Sequence record: NC_041972.1
Strand: one strand, 5' to 3'
DNA length: 64,000 nucleotides
Of this stretch, positions 63,541 to 64,000 are shown in pieces; position 1 is the stretch's first letter, and each line of letters opens with the position of its first letter. The notes beneath the pieces are model-generated. The model did not search any database and was not told the origin of the DNA. It saw only the letters and a list, made by a program, of their open reading frames with translations. The position numbers and the translations under genes are program-made.

Positions 63541-64000
63541 ATGACAGATAGCACTACAGCGCAGAGCCCGACCGTGACGTTAGACCAAGTCATCGCGTCA
63601 GGCGGCCAGATTGTCTTCCTGGACAATGGCGAACTGAAAAGCTTTCCTGTCTCTCAGATCACTGACTTACTGAAAAGCGGCATGTCTACTGACGTGTTGG
63701 GTCAGGCTGATTCTCTGAGTATGTTTGGTCAGGTGGAGTCGTTCGAGGCTCTACGTAAGCTTAAGCCACAGAAAGAAGGTGCACGCATCTCTCTTCGTGG
63801 CTGGAACAAAGGCAGTTGTCTGGGTGGTGGTGAGTTCATTGGTCACCTCGTCACCAAAGAGCTTAAAGCCCGTCCAGATGATGGCGGTATGATTGCAGCC
63901 GGTAGCGGGTTCTTCTGGGAACGTGTGTGCTCAGATTGCGGGCAAATGAACGTCACTCACTTCGGTGCGCTTCCTGGCGCAACTGCAGCGACTGATTGCG
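63541..64000 (+). CDS. Tailspike/depolymerase-like protein, N-terminal part (runs off window; not in ORF track)
   Basis: GAGG RBS; my translation gives VESFEALRKLKP..GARISLRGW..GGGEF..DDGGMIA..FWERV..NVTHFGA, the usual tailspike N-terminal domain leading into a beta-helix. Confidence 0.7.
   Translation, partial: MTDSTTAQSPTVTLDQVIASGGQIVFLDNGELKSFPVSQITDLLKSGMSTDVLGQADSLSMFGQVESFEALRKLKPQKEGARISLRGWNKGSCLGGGEFIGHLVTKELKARPDDGGMIAAGSGFFWERVCSDCGQMNVTHFGALPGATAATDC

Overview
This window is a 64-kb segment of a phiKZ-like jumbo myophage genome (Chimalliviridae-type gene content). The host is probably gammaproteobacterial, judged from SspB, two-component spanins and a tailspike-like gene. The chimallin gene is not in the window, so nucleus formation cannot be confirmed. 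Left part (1-31 kb), conserved core: the N-terminal beta-like subunit of the phage non-virion RNA polymerase, a long Q/P/M-rich protein, a probable portal, baseplate and fibre-like structural genes, RuvC, holin candidate plus overlapping spanins, central spike and SbcC ATPase. Right part (28.6-64 kb) is entirely + strand and mostly small accessory genes. Recognisable products there are an SLT lysin with signal peptide, GNAT, SspB, a LemA/TPM-like membrane pair, a frameshifted Toprim gene, RtcB, a kelch-like protein, a DEDD exonuclease, ThyA, an HD hydrolase and a truncated tailspike. Most notable observations: (1) a stand-alone chimeric ORF whose C-terminal half looks like a decayed RNAP beta' switch-2 segment; (2) about 15 intergenic hairpins followed by a strand-oriented TATGCC(G) motif instead of a long U-tract; (3) SspB plus several apparently dead protease-fold proteins, suggesting a proteostasis-hijack or decoy arsenal; (4) a switch-like leader in front of a secreted lysin; (5) a fibre gene extended past its family's terminal Trp motif; (6) tRNA-like remnants near 52.8 kb. 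All homology calls come from motif recognition by eye and recalled family knowledge; no database searches were run.
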